Part shown: positions 21,365 to 30,269 of the stretch, one piece after another | Layout: each line of letters starts with the position of its first letter | Position numbering within the stretch: position 1 is the first letter of the stretch | From: an uncultured delta proteobacterium | GTDB lineage: Bacteria > Desulfobacterota > RBG-13-43-22 | Direction of reading: 5' to 3' | Length of the DNA: 64,000 nt | Assembly: GCA_963711835.1 (NCBI GenBank) | Contig: CAVQFQ010000008.1 | Coordinates: 64,239-128,238 of the forward strand | Notes under the pieces: model-generated | The model's database searches: none | What the model saw: the letters and a program-made list of their open reading frames with translations, nothing else | Told to the model about the DNA's origin: nothing | Made by a program: the position numbers and the translations under genes

Positions 21365-24300
21365 TGGAGCAGTTATTTATGAACCGGCTAACCAGCCTGC
21401 AGGATCTTGAACCCTTACGCCAGTCCATTCTGGAAAAGCGCCGGAAGGTTCGGAAGCGCATCCGGGTCTGCATCGGACCGGCCTGCCACTCCCAGGGAGG
21501 CGAAACCCTGTCCCGGATGATAGAAGCCGCCCTCAAAGAACGCGGGGCAGCGGACGATCTTATGGTCACGCCTACCGGGTGCCACGGTTTTTGCGCCCGG
21601 GGCCCGGTCATGGTGATCGAACCGGAAAATATCTTTTACGAACGGGTCCGGTCGGAGCGGATCCCCGAGATCGTCGAAAAGTCGATCCTGGGGGATGAAC
21701 TGCTGGAAGATCTCCTTTACCTGGACCCGGAGACCAACAAACGGATCGTTCACGAAGCGGAGATCCCTTTTTACGCCCGCCAGGAACAGATCGTTTTCAA
21801 GGACTCGGGCCGGAATTTTCCAACCGATATCGACGATTATATCTCCCGGGGCGGCTACTCGGCCCTGGTCAAAGTCCTTTCCGAACTGACCCCTGAAGAA
21901 GTCATTGAAGAGGTAAAAATTTCCGGTTTGCGGGGCCGGGGCGGGGGCGGTTTTCCGACCGGGACCAAATGGGAATCCTGCCGCAAGTCCCGGGGAGTCT
22001 TGAAATATGTCATGTGCAACGCCGACGAGGGCGATCCCGGGGCCTATATGGACCGGGCCTTGCTGGAGGGCAATCCCCATCAGGTCCTGGAAGGCATGAT
22101 TGTCGGTGCCTATGCCATCGGCGCCAGGGAAGGGTATCTCTATGTCCGCTACGAATACCCCATGGCCACCCAAAATGCCATCTGGGCCATCAAACAGGCC
22201 AAGGAATACGGATTGCTGGGTGAAAATATCTTAGGCACCCCTTTCAGCCTCGAACTTTTCGTCACCCGGGGGGCCGGGGCCTTTGTCTGCGGGGAATCAA
22301 CCGCCCTGATGGCCTCTCTGGAGGGCAAGATCGGGGAACCGCGGGGCAAGCATATCCATACCGTGGAAAAAGGACTCTGGAACCGTCCCAGCAATCTCAA
22401 CAATGTCGAGACCTGGGCTACGGTTCCCCTGATCATCAACAACGGGGGGCAATGGCTGGCCTCCATCGGAACCGAGCGGAGCAAGGGGACCAAGATCTTT
22501 TCTCTGGTAGGCAAGATCAACAATCCCGGCCTGGTCGAAGTGTCCATGGGAACCCCCTTGAGAAAGATCATCTACGACATCGGCGGGGGTGTACCGGGCG
22601 GCAAAGCCTTCAAGGCCGTCCAGTCCGGAGGCCCTTCCGGGGGCTGCATCCCAAAAGACCTGATCGATCTGGCGGTAGATTTCGAAAAACTGAAAGAGGC
22701 CGGTTCCATGATGGGTTCAGGCGGTATGATCGTCATGGACGAGGATACCTGCATGGTCGATGTGGCCCGCTATTTCCTGAATTTTCTGGAGGAGGAATCC
22801 TGCGGGAAATGCGTCCCCTGCCGTATGGGCGTCAAGCGCATGCATGAAATAGTCACCCGGATCTGCCTCGGGCAGGGGCGGGAGGAAGACCTTGAAAAAC
22901 TGAAAGATCTGGGAGAAACGATCAGCGAGGCCGCGCTTTGCGGATTGGGAAAATCCTCGGCCAACCCGGTTTTATCGACCCTAAAATATTTTCGGGCCGA
23001 ATATGAGGCCCATATTAAAGACAAGGAATGCCCGGCCGGTGTCTGCCGCCGGCTTTCGGCCGCCCCCTGTCAGAAAGCCTGTCCGGCCGGAATCGATGTC
23101 CCCTCCTATGTAGCCCTGATCTCCGATGCCCATTATGAAGAGGCCCTAGAAATTGTCCGTCAGGACAACCCTTTTCCCTCGATCTGCGGCCGTATCTGCC
23201 AGCACGGCTGCGAGGTCACCTGCACCCGCGGCGAGATCGACCATTCCATCGACATCATGCACTTGAAGCGCTTCATTTCCGATTTTGAAGCGACCCGGCC
23301 CTGGCGCCTTCCCGAACGGATCATCCCGACCCAAAACGAGAAAGTGGCGGTCGTCGGGGGAGGACCGGCCGGTCTTTCCGCCGCCTATTTTCTAGCCAGA
23401 AGAGGCTATCCGGTAACCCTCTTCGAGGCTGCGCCGGTCCTGGGGGGTATGCCGGCCCTGGCTATCCCCGATTTCCGCCTTTCTAAAAACGCCTTGCAAC
23501 GGGATATCGACTATATCCTGGCCCTGGGAATAGAGGTTAAAACCAATACCCCGGTCGGGGAAAACCCCTCTCTGGAGGATCTTAAAAAACAAGGCTATGA
23601 AGCCATCTTTCTGGCCACCGGGGCCGACAAAGGCCTTGAAATGGGGGTTTTCGGGGAAAACCTCTACGCCGGCGTCGTCGATGCCCTGGATTACCTCAAG
23701 GCCTATCATTTGAAACAGTTGATCAACCCGGGAAAGGAAGTCGTCGTCATCGGCGGGGGCTACGCCGCCATGGACGCCGCCCGGATGGCCTTGCGGCTGG
23801 GGGCCAAGGTTCACCTTCTTTTCCGGCGCTCCGAAGAGGAGCTGCCGGCCGATCCCCTGGAGCTGGAGGCGGCCAAGGAGGAGGGGATCCGGTTTCATTT
23901 TCTGACCACCCCCACAAAATTGCTGGCCAAGAACAACCGGGTAACCGGGGTCGAATGCATCGGGCTCGAGATCGCCGCTGCCGACACCAGCGGCCGCAAG
24001 CGGGTTTTGCCCAGGGAAGGGACCGAATTCATCCTGCCCGCAGATCTGGTTATCCCGGCCGTCGGCCAGACGCCGGATATTTCCCCCTTCAGGGGAATGG
24101 CCTTATCGATCTCACCCTGGAACCTTCTCCAGGTCAACCCTGAAACACTCCAGACCAATTGGCCCCATATCTTCGCCGGCGGCGATGTCACCACCGGCTC
24201 CGCTTCGGTGATTGAAGCGGTGGCGGTAGGGAAAAAGGCCGCCTGGGCTGTTCATAATTTCCTTTCCGGGACCACCGGCAGAATGCCTTTAGCCAAGCCC

Positions 24301-24483
24301 CGCCTCCGCCTGGAAAGGGTGGCGGTATCTCCCGACGAACCTCAGGCTACGGAAAGACCGGCCATGACCCTGGCCCCCGCCTCGGAAAGAAAAAAATCTT
24401 TCGAAGAAGCAGAGCTGGGCTTGAGTGAACGACAAGCGGTAACCGAAGCCAGGCGCTGCCTGCGCTGCGATCTGACGGAGTAA
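21364..24483 (+). CDS. NuoF/HydB-like FMN subunit fused to a GltD/NfnB-like FAD-NAD(P)H oxidoreductase
   Basis: N-terminal [2Fe-2S] (CIGPAC...CHGFC), GLRGRGGGGFPTG, NADEGDPGA, ESCGKCVPCR and HIKDKECPAGVC. Then APCQKACP...CGRICQHGCEVTC, GGGPAG, GGGYAAMD...RRS, AGGD and EARRCLRC. Confidence 0.92.
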   Translation: MEQLFMNRLTSLQDLEPLRQSILEKRRKVRKRIRVCIGPACHSQGGETLSRMIEAALKERGAADDLMVTPTGCHGFCARGPVMVIEPENIFYERVRSERIPEIVEKSILGDELLEDLLYLDPETNKRIVHEAEIPFYARQEQIVFKDSGRNFPTDIDDYISRGGYSALVKVLSELTPEEVIEEVKISGLRGRGGGGFPTGTKWESCRKSRGVLKYVMCNADEGDPGAYMDRALLEGNPHQVLEGMIVGAYAIGAREGYLYVRYEYPMATQNAIWAIKQAKEYGLLGENILGTPFSLELFVTRGAGAFVCGESTALMASLEGKIGEPRGKHIHTVEKGLWNRPSNLNNVETWATVPLIINNGGQWLASIGTERSKGTKIFSLVGKINNPGLVEVSMGTPLRKIIYDIGGGVPGGKAFKAVQSGGPSGGCIPKDLIDLAVDFEKLKEAGSMMGSGGMIVMDEDTCMVDVARYFLNFLEEESCGKCVPCRMGVKRMHEIVTRICLGQGREEDLEKLKDLGETISEAALCGLGKSSANPVLSTLKYFRAEYEAHIKDKECPAGVCRRLSAAPCQKACPAGIDVPSYVALISDAHYEEALEIVRQDNPFPSICGRICQHGCEVTCTRGEIDHSIDIMHLKRFISDFEATRPWRLPERIIPTQNEKVAVVGGGPAGLSAAYFLARRGYPVTLFEAAPVLGGMPALAIPDFRLSKNALQRDIDYILALGIEVKTNTPVGENPSLEDLKKQGYEAIFLATGADKGLEMGVFGENLYAGVVDALDYLKAYHLKQLINPGKEVVVIGGGYAAMDAARMALRLGAKVHLLFRRSEEELPADPLELEAAKEEGIRFHFLTTPTKLLAKNNRVTGVECIGLEIAAADTSGRKRVLPREGTEFILPADLVIPAVGQTPDISPFRGMALSISPWNLLQVNPETLQTNWPHIFAGGDVTTGSASVIEAVAVGKKAAWAVHNFLSGTTGRMPLAKPRLRLERVAVSPDEPQATERPAMTLAPASERKKSFEEAELGLSERQAVTEARRCLRCDLTE

Positions 24484-24488
24484 GGTCT

Positions 24489-25217
24489 ATGCCCGGATCC
24501 AGGCCTCGTATTGATGAACCGAAAACCCCGCTGGGACTGGTCAAGCTTTATGAAAAACCCCAGATCACCGTCTGCGCCGGTCCGGCCCCCCACTATGAAT
24601 GCGGGGGAAAAGGCCTCTATTCCGGTCTTTTTTCCGAAGCCAACCGATTAAACATTCCCCTCGCTTTAGCGCCGGGGAAATGCGGCTGTAGCGGATCCTG
24701 CCTGAAAGGTCCTTATCTCAGCCTGCCCAGAATGGGTCTTTTTTACCAGCAGGTCACGACCGAGCATATCCCCTTTATCCTGAAGGAGACCATACTCCAG
24801 GGAAAGATCCTTTTCCCCATCCTGCGCCTGGATCATCTCCAATCCATAAGGGGGGACCTGATCTGGGAGAAATCCTCACGCTGCCTCATGACCCTGGATG
24901 CTTCATATTGTATGGTTCAGGTAGCCGAGTACCTCATTAAATTTCATGCTGAAGAATCCTGCGGCAAGTGCACCCCTTGCCGCCTGGGCATTAAGCGCTT
25001 GACCGAGGTCATTGAAGGGATCGGACGGGGACGGGCGAATCCGGAGGCCCTCTCGGAAATGGAAACGCTGACGGCCTTGATGACCCAGGCGGCTTATTGC
25101 GCCTTTGCCGGAAAGGCTTCGGATATCATCATGGCCATCCTCTCCTATTTCAGAGAAGAGTTTGAAGCCCATATTAAAGAGAAACGCTGTCCGGTCGGGG
25201 CCTGTAAGATGTTTTAA
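24489..25217 (+). CDS. Fe-S protein: thioredoxin-like Cys domain plus NuoF C-terminal [4Fe-4S] domain, with no FMN domain
   Basis: CAGPAPHYEC...CGCSGSCLKGP, then CMVQVA...EESCGKCTPCR...C...HIKEKRCPVGAC. Confidence 0.82.
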   Translation: MPGSRPRIDEPKTPLGLVKLYEKPQITVCAGPAPHYECGGKGLYSGLFSEANRLNIPLALAPGKCGCSGSCLKGPYLSLPRMGLFYQQVTTEHIPFILKETILQGKILFPILRLDHLQSIRGDLIWEKSSRCLMTLDASYCMVQVAEYLIKFHAEESCGKCTPCRLGIKRLTEVIEGIGRGRANPEALSEMETLTALMTQAAYCAFAGKASDIIMAILSYFREEFEAHIKEKRCPVGACKMF

Positions 25218-25219
25218 AA

Positions 25220-25300
25220 AGCTATCAGCGGTCAGCCGTCACCAATCCCCCTTCCTCGGGGTGGTCGTTGCTGATCGCTGATTACTGACGGCTTAACGCT
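25220..25300. repeat. Heptamer-periodic imperfect palindrome inside the nuo operon
   Basis: agctatcagcggtcagccgtcacc ... gctgatcgctgattactgacggct. Confidence 0.65.
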
Positions 25301-25321
25301 GCTTTAACAGGAGATTTAATC

Positions 25322-27556
25322 ATGTCCAAGATTCACCTGACCATTAACGGCCAGCCGCTGGAGGCCGAATCCGGTCAAACAATTCTCCAGGTTGCCGAAA
25401 GCTCCGGCATCCGTATCCCGACCCTTTGTTATCATCCGGCCCTGCCCCCGGAAGAATCCTGCCGCATCTGCGTGGTTGAGTTGTTTAAAGGGAAATGGAG
25501 TTCCTTGGTGGCGGCCTGCGTTTACCCGGCCCGGGAAGGGATGGTTATCGAAACCGATACCCCCCAGGTTCACAAGGCCCGCCGGACCATCCTGGAATTG
25601 ATTTTATCAGACCACCCCAGTGATTGCATGACCTGCAACTCTACCGGAAACTGCGAACTTCAGGATCTGGCCTATGAATACGGCATCAAGGAAGTCACCC
25701 TCGGCGGCCAGTCCCATTCCTATCCCATAGATCCTGATCCGAACCCCTTCATCCATTGGGATATGAATAAGTGCGTCATGTGCCGCCGCTGTATCCGGGC
25801 CTGTTCCGAAGTCCAGTGTGCCCATGTCCTGACCAAGGCCGAGCGGGGTTTTAATCAACGAATTTCAACGGCTTTCGGGGAACTCCTGGAAAATTCAGGC
25901 TGCGAATTCGACGGCCAATGTCTGGCTTTTTGCCCGGTGGATGCCTTATCCGAGAAAGCCCCGCGGGGGAAGGCCCGCACCTGGGAGATGGGAAAGACCC
26001 GGACCGTCTGTCCCTTATGTGCCTGCGGCTGCCTGTTCGACCTGAACACCAAGGGAGATCAGGTCCTCAAAGTGACCTCCAATTTCAGTTCCCCGGCTAA
26101 TCTGGGCGCCCTCTGTAACCGGGGCCGGTTTGGTTACGAATACCTGAATCATCCCGATCGGCTCAAGGCGCCCCTTTTGAAAAAGGGAAATGATTGGGTC
26201 GAAGCCGAATGGGAGGAGGCCCTGGAGGTAATCGCGGATAAGTTCCGGGCCGTTCAAGAGAAGTTCGGTCCGGAGGCCCTGGGTTTCCTCCTTTCCCCTT
26301 CTTTGACCAATGAGGAACTGTATCTCTGGCAGAAATTCGCCCGGTCATCCCTGAAAACAAGCCGCTTGGCCCATCCGGAGGCCTGCCTATGGGCCCCGGT
26401 AAAAAAAATAATGGACGAACGTCTCGGCCTCTCGGGCATGACCAATCCCACCGGGGACTTGATCAACAGCTCCGGCATACTCCTCCTGGGCTCCCATATC
26501 ATGACCACCCACCCCATCGCCGGGATCAAGATTCGCCAGGCCGTCCAAAAAGGAGCCCGGCTTTTGACGATCGATAGTCAGGCCCATAGCTTCAGCAGCC
26601 TGGCCTATCAGGCCCTGATCGCCCCCTCCGGGACCGAGGAACTGATCCTGAACGGCATCCTTTCCTTCCTAGTTCAACAAACCAAATGGGATCAGGAATT
26701 TGTGGCCCAAAGGACGTCCGGTTTGGAGGGCCTCCGGGAAGCCCTGTCCAAAACAACCCTGGAGAGCACAGCGGCCGAAACCGGACTGCCCTTAAAGAGC
26801 CTGCAGGAAGCCGCGGACTTTGTGGCCCATCACCGGCCCCTGGCCCTGATCTGCCCGCCTCCCTTGAACGGCCGTCCTTTCCCCCCTGCCCTGGTGGAAT
26901 CGGCCTTGAACCTGCAGCTCCTGATGGGAAACCTGGGTAAGTCCGGGGGAGGTCTGGATTTCCTGGTTCCCCAGGCCAACGGCTTAGGGGCCTGGGAGTT
27001 CGGCGCCGGCCGTCCGGACTATACCGACGAGGAGCTCTGGTCGGATCTGAAGGCCGGAAACATTAAAGCCCTATTCCTGGCCGCCGAAGATCCCTACGGC
27101 AACAGCCACCTCTCGCCGGCCCAGCAGGCCCTTCTCAATACCTTGGGCGATGAATCCTTTTTGGTCGTCCAGGATCTCTTTTTGAGCGAGGCGGCCCGAA
27201 AGGCCCAGGTCGTGTTGCCGGCCCTGTCTTACTCGGAAAAAACCGGCACCTTCTTAAATATGGAGCGCCGAGTCCAATTGCTTAAACCGGGCCTTCCGGT
27301 CCAGGGCAAAGGGCTTTGGACCGGGGAACTGCTGGGCCAACTGGCCCTTCGTATGGGTTTGTCCTTCCCGGTTCTATCGGCGGCTGAAACCTTTCAGGAA
27401 ATAGCCCTGACTTTCCCCCTCTGGTCCGGCTTGAATTACAGCCGCCTAGAAAAAGAAGGGCTTTCATGGCCCTGCCCGGATCCCGATTCCAAGGGAACGC
27501 CGATCTTATTTGAATCGGATTTTCCGGTCGGGAAGGTCCGGTTAGTAAAAGCCTAA
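25322..27556 (+). CDS. NuoG/FdhA-like Fe-S subunit with degenerate molybdopterin domain
   Basis: PTLC...CRIC...AAC, HPSDCMTC...C, CVMCRRCIRAC, CEFDGQCLAFCP and CPLCACGC...LCNRG. No canonical FDH C/U-H active-site motif and no C-terminal MGD-binding domain. Confidence 0.88.
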   Translation: MSKIHLTINGQPLEAESGQTILQVAESSGIRIPTLCYHPALPPEESCRICVVELFKGKWSSLVAACVYPAREGMVIETDTPQVHKARRTILELILSDHPSDCMTCNSTGNCELQDLAYEYGIKEVTLGGQSHSYPIDPDPNPFIHWDMNKCVMCRRCIRACSEVQCAHVLTKAERGFNQRISTAFGELLENSGCEFDGQCLAFCPVDALSEKAPRGKARTWEMGKTRTVCPLCACGCLFDLNTKGDQVLKVTSNFSSPANLGALCNRGRFGYEYLNHPDRLKAPLLKKGNDWVEAEWEEALEVIADKFRAVQEKFGPEALGFLLSPSLTNEELYLWQKFARSSLKTSRLAHPEACLWAPVKKIMDERLGLSGMTNPTGDLINSSGILLLGSHIMTTHPIAGIKIRQAVQKGARLLTIDSQAHSFSSLAYQALIAPSGTEELILNGILSFLVQQTKWDQEFVAQRTSGLEGLREALSKTTLESTAAETGLPLKSLQEAADFVAHHRPLALICPPPLNGRPFPPALVESALNLQLLMGNLGKSGGGLDFLVPQANGLGAWEFGAGRPDYTDEELWSDLKAGNIKALFLAAEDPYGNSHLSPAQQALLNTLGDESFLVVQDLFLSEAARKAQVVLPALSYSEKTGTFLNMERRVQLLKPGLPVQGKGLWTGELLGQLALRMGLSFPVLSAAETFQEIALTFPLWSGLNYSRLEKEGLSWPCPDPDSKGTPILFESDFPVGKVRLVKA

Positions 27557-27602
27557 CGAAGAGGTTTGAAGTTTTTTTCACCTCTTAAAGAAATAAAGAA
27601 AT

Positions 27603-27628
27603 GGTGTTGGGAGGGACCCCCCAACACC
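27603..27628. terminator. GC-rich hairpin after the nuo operon (terminator or REP-like)
   Basis: ggtgttggg ... cccaacacc stem; no clear U tract on the plus strand. Confidence 0.45.
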
Positions 27629-27687
27629 TGGATCCGGGATTCAATTCCCTATCCAACCCGACCCTCTAAACCTTGTTTGGGGGCACC

Positions 27688-30144
27688 ATGATTCCCTTTC
27701 TATCCCGCATCCGGCGGAGTTTGGCCCTTAAAATGGGCATCTCGGTTGGCATTATCCTTCTGATCTCCATCAGTAGCTTCACTTTTTTCAACATTCGGGA
27801 GCTTAAAAAACAACTCATCCACCGTTTGATGCTCCGGGCCGACCGCTTCAGCGAAACGGTTCAGCGGGCCACCCGCTTCGGCATGCTGATCAACGACCGG
27901 GAGCATGTGGCCCGTATCATTGAAGCCTTGGCCGCTCAGGAGGGTATCGAGGGCATCCGGGTCTTCAGCAAAAAAGGGGTCATCATGTATTCCTCCAGGG
28001 TCCTGGAGGCCGGGACCTTTCTGAGTAAGAAGGATCCCCCATGCAGTTCCTGTCATGAATCCTTGGAACCCCTGGAACATCTACCTTTGAAGCAGCGGGC
28101 CCGCTTTGAAAAAGGGAGCGGGCAGAAACATGTCCTCAATATCATCACCTCCATCCCCAACGAATCGAGCTGTTTCACCGCGGCTTGTCATGTCCATACC
28201 CCGGCGGAACGAAAGCTCGGGGTGCTGGAAGTGTCCATGTCCATGGTCAAGATCGACGAGGAAATCAAGCGGAATGTTCGCGGCACCCTGCTCTTTGATC
28301 TCCTGCTCTTTCTTTTTATCACCACCATTATCATTGCCAGCCTCCTCCTTTTCGTAAACCGCCCTATCAAGCGTCTGGTTCAAGGAGCCAAAAAGATCGG
28401 AGAAGGCCGTTTAAAGGAGGTCATTTCCATTGATTCCCGCGATGAGATCGGTGAGTTGGCTCGGGCCTTTAATGAGATGAGCGAACGGATCTCTTCCTAT
28501 ACCCAGGATCTGGAGCGCATGGTCGCCGAACGGACCGAGGATTTCCGGAAATCCGAGGAAAGGTACCGCCTTATCTTCCAAGGCTCCCAGGACGGGATCC
28601 TCCTGACTACCCCGGAGGGAAAATTATTAGAGATCAATCCCACCGGCGTCTCCCTGCTGGGACACGATTCCAAACGATCGGCCCTGGAGCATTTTAATTT
28701 GCATGCCCTCTTTGTTAATTTTGAGGATTGGCATCTGGTCCGAAAAACGATTTCCCAGGGAGGTTTCATCAGCGATTTCGAAACCCTGCTGCAACCCCAA
28801 CCGGGTCTGACCATAGAGGCCTTGCTTTCCGCCCATGTAATCAAAGACGCCTCCGCCCAAATGCTCGGCTATGTATTGCTTCTCAAAGACGTTACGGATA
28901 AGAAAAAAGCCGAACGTCTCTTGCTCCATGAAAAACAGACCATTGAGGGTATCCTGGAAGGGTCTCCCATAGCCATGTTTGTTGTGGATCATAGCCATCA
29001 GGTCATCCACTGGAATAAGGCCTGTGAACAATTGACCGGGAAAAGCAAGGCCGAGATGATCGGCACACAGGGCCAGTGGAAGGCCTTCTATAACCAACCC
29101 AAGCCCCTTATGTCGGACTGGATTATCGAGGAAAATAGCAACGGCCTTTATGAATCGTACGGCGATAAAAATTTGAAGGAATCCCCCTTTATCACGGGGG
29201 CCTTTCAGGCCGAAGATTTTTTTCCTTTCCTGGGTCAGGGGGGCCGGCACCTTCTTTTTTTATCGGCCCCGATCCGCGATCAGGAGGGCCAGATTCTGGC
29301 GGCCATAACCACACTTCAGGATGTAACCGAACAGCGCCGGGCCGAAGCGGTTATCCAACGGAACATCCGGGAGATCGAACAGGCCTATGAGGAATTGAAA
29401 TCAACTCAGGAACAGCTTATTCAATCGGCCAGACTGGCTTCTTTAGGAAAACTGGCGGCCACCATCGCCCATGAGATCAACAATCCTCTGGCCGGGGTTT
29501 TAAATTATATCAAGTTGCTGATTAGAATCTTTCAGAAGGATCCTCTCCCCCTCGACCGTCTGGAAGATATTCGGGCTTTCCTGTCCATCATGGAAAAAGA
29601 AACGACCCGGAGCGGCGAGATCGTCAAAAATCTGTTGTCCTTTTCGCGGCCTTCGGTGGTTCGTCTGGAAGCCACCCCGATCAATGACATAATCGAGCAG
29701 GCCCTGAATATCCTAACCCACAAGATTGAGATCTCCGGGGTCCAATTGAAGCGGGATTTGGGAGCAAATTTACCGCCGGTAATTTGTGATTTTAAACAGA
29801 TCCAACAGGCCTTGATGAACATCATCATCAATGGGGTGGAAGCCATGCCGGAGGGCGGCACCCTGACCATCGCCAGCCGTACCCTGTCCGAGGCCAACAT
29901 GGTTGAGGTGGAAATCCGGGATACCGGCATGGGCATCTCCAAGGAGAATTTGAAAAACCTCTTCGAACCTTTCTTTACCACCAAGGCCGAAGGGAAAGGG
30001 GTGGGCCTGGGACTTTCGGTTTCCTACGGCATTATCAGCAAGCATGAAGGGGTTATTCTGGTGGAAAGTAGCCCTGGACAGGGTACCCAATTTCGGGTAC
30101 GTTTACCCATACAGCCGGGAGAGGGCAACAAGTCCCCGGGATAA
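27688..30144 (+). CDS. Sensor histidine kinase (periplasmic heme-c motifs, HAMP, two PAS)
   Basis: Two TM helices flank CSSCH and CFTAACH. HAMP (RDEIGELARAFN), H-box AHEINNPL, and G-boxes DTGMGI, FEPFFTTK and GLGL. Confidence 0.93.
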   Translation: MIPFLSRIRRSLALKMGISVGIILLISISSFTFFNIRELKKQLIHRLMLRADRFSETVQRATRFGMLINDREHVARIIEALAAQEGIEGIRVFSKKGVIMYSSRVLEAGTFLSKKDPPCSSCHESLEPLEHLPLKQRARFEKGSGQKHVLNIITSIPNESSCFTAACHVHTPAERKLGVLEVSMSMVKIDEEIKRNVRGTLLFDLLLFLFITTIIIASLLLFVNRPIKRLVQGAKKIGEGRLKEVISIDSRDEIGELARAFNEMSERISSYTQDLERMVAERTEDFRKSEERYRLIFQGSQDGILLTTPEGKLLEINPTGVSLLGHDSKRSALEHFNLHALFVNFEDWHLVRKTISQGGFISDFETLLQPQPGLTIEALLSAHVIKDASAQMLGYVLLLKDVTDKKKAERLLLHEKQTIEGILEGSPIAMFVVDHSHQVIHWNKACEQLTGKSKAEMIGTQGQWKAFYNQPKPLMSDWIIEENSNGLYESYGDKNLKESPFITGAFQAEDFFPFLGQGGRHLLFLSAPIRDQEGQILAAITTLQDVTEQRRAEAVIQRNIREIEQAYEELKSTQEQLIQSARLASLGKLAATIAHEINNPLAGVLNYIKLLIRIFQKDPLPLDRLEDIRAFLSIMEKETTRSGEIVKNLLSFSRPSVVRLEATPINDIIEQALNILTHKIEISGVQLKRDLGANLPPVICDFKQIQQALMNIIINGVEAMPEGGTLTIASRTLSEANMVEVEIRDTGMGISKENLKNLFEPFFTTKAEGKGVGLGLSVSYGIISKHEGVILVESSPGQGTQFRVRLPIQPGEGNKSPG

Positions 30145-30269
30145 GAGACAGGGTTCATGGGTTCAAATTGTTCCCGGACCTTGTGCCCTCGGCCTTCTGC
30201 CTTTCCCCCTACAGCCGGAAATCTTATTCCTAGTGACTTGGATCTCTATCCGCAACCCGTTTTTAGGAG

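Noticed and set aside
25322-27556. Selenocysteine formate dehydrogenase
   Set aside because: There is no in-frame UGA, the active-site motif is degenerate and the C-terminal MGD domain is missing.
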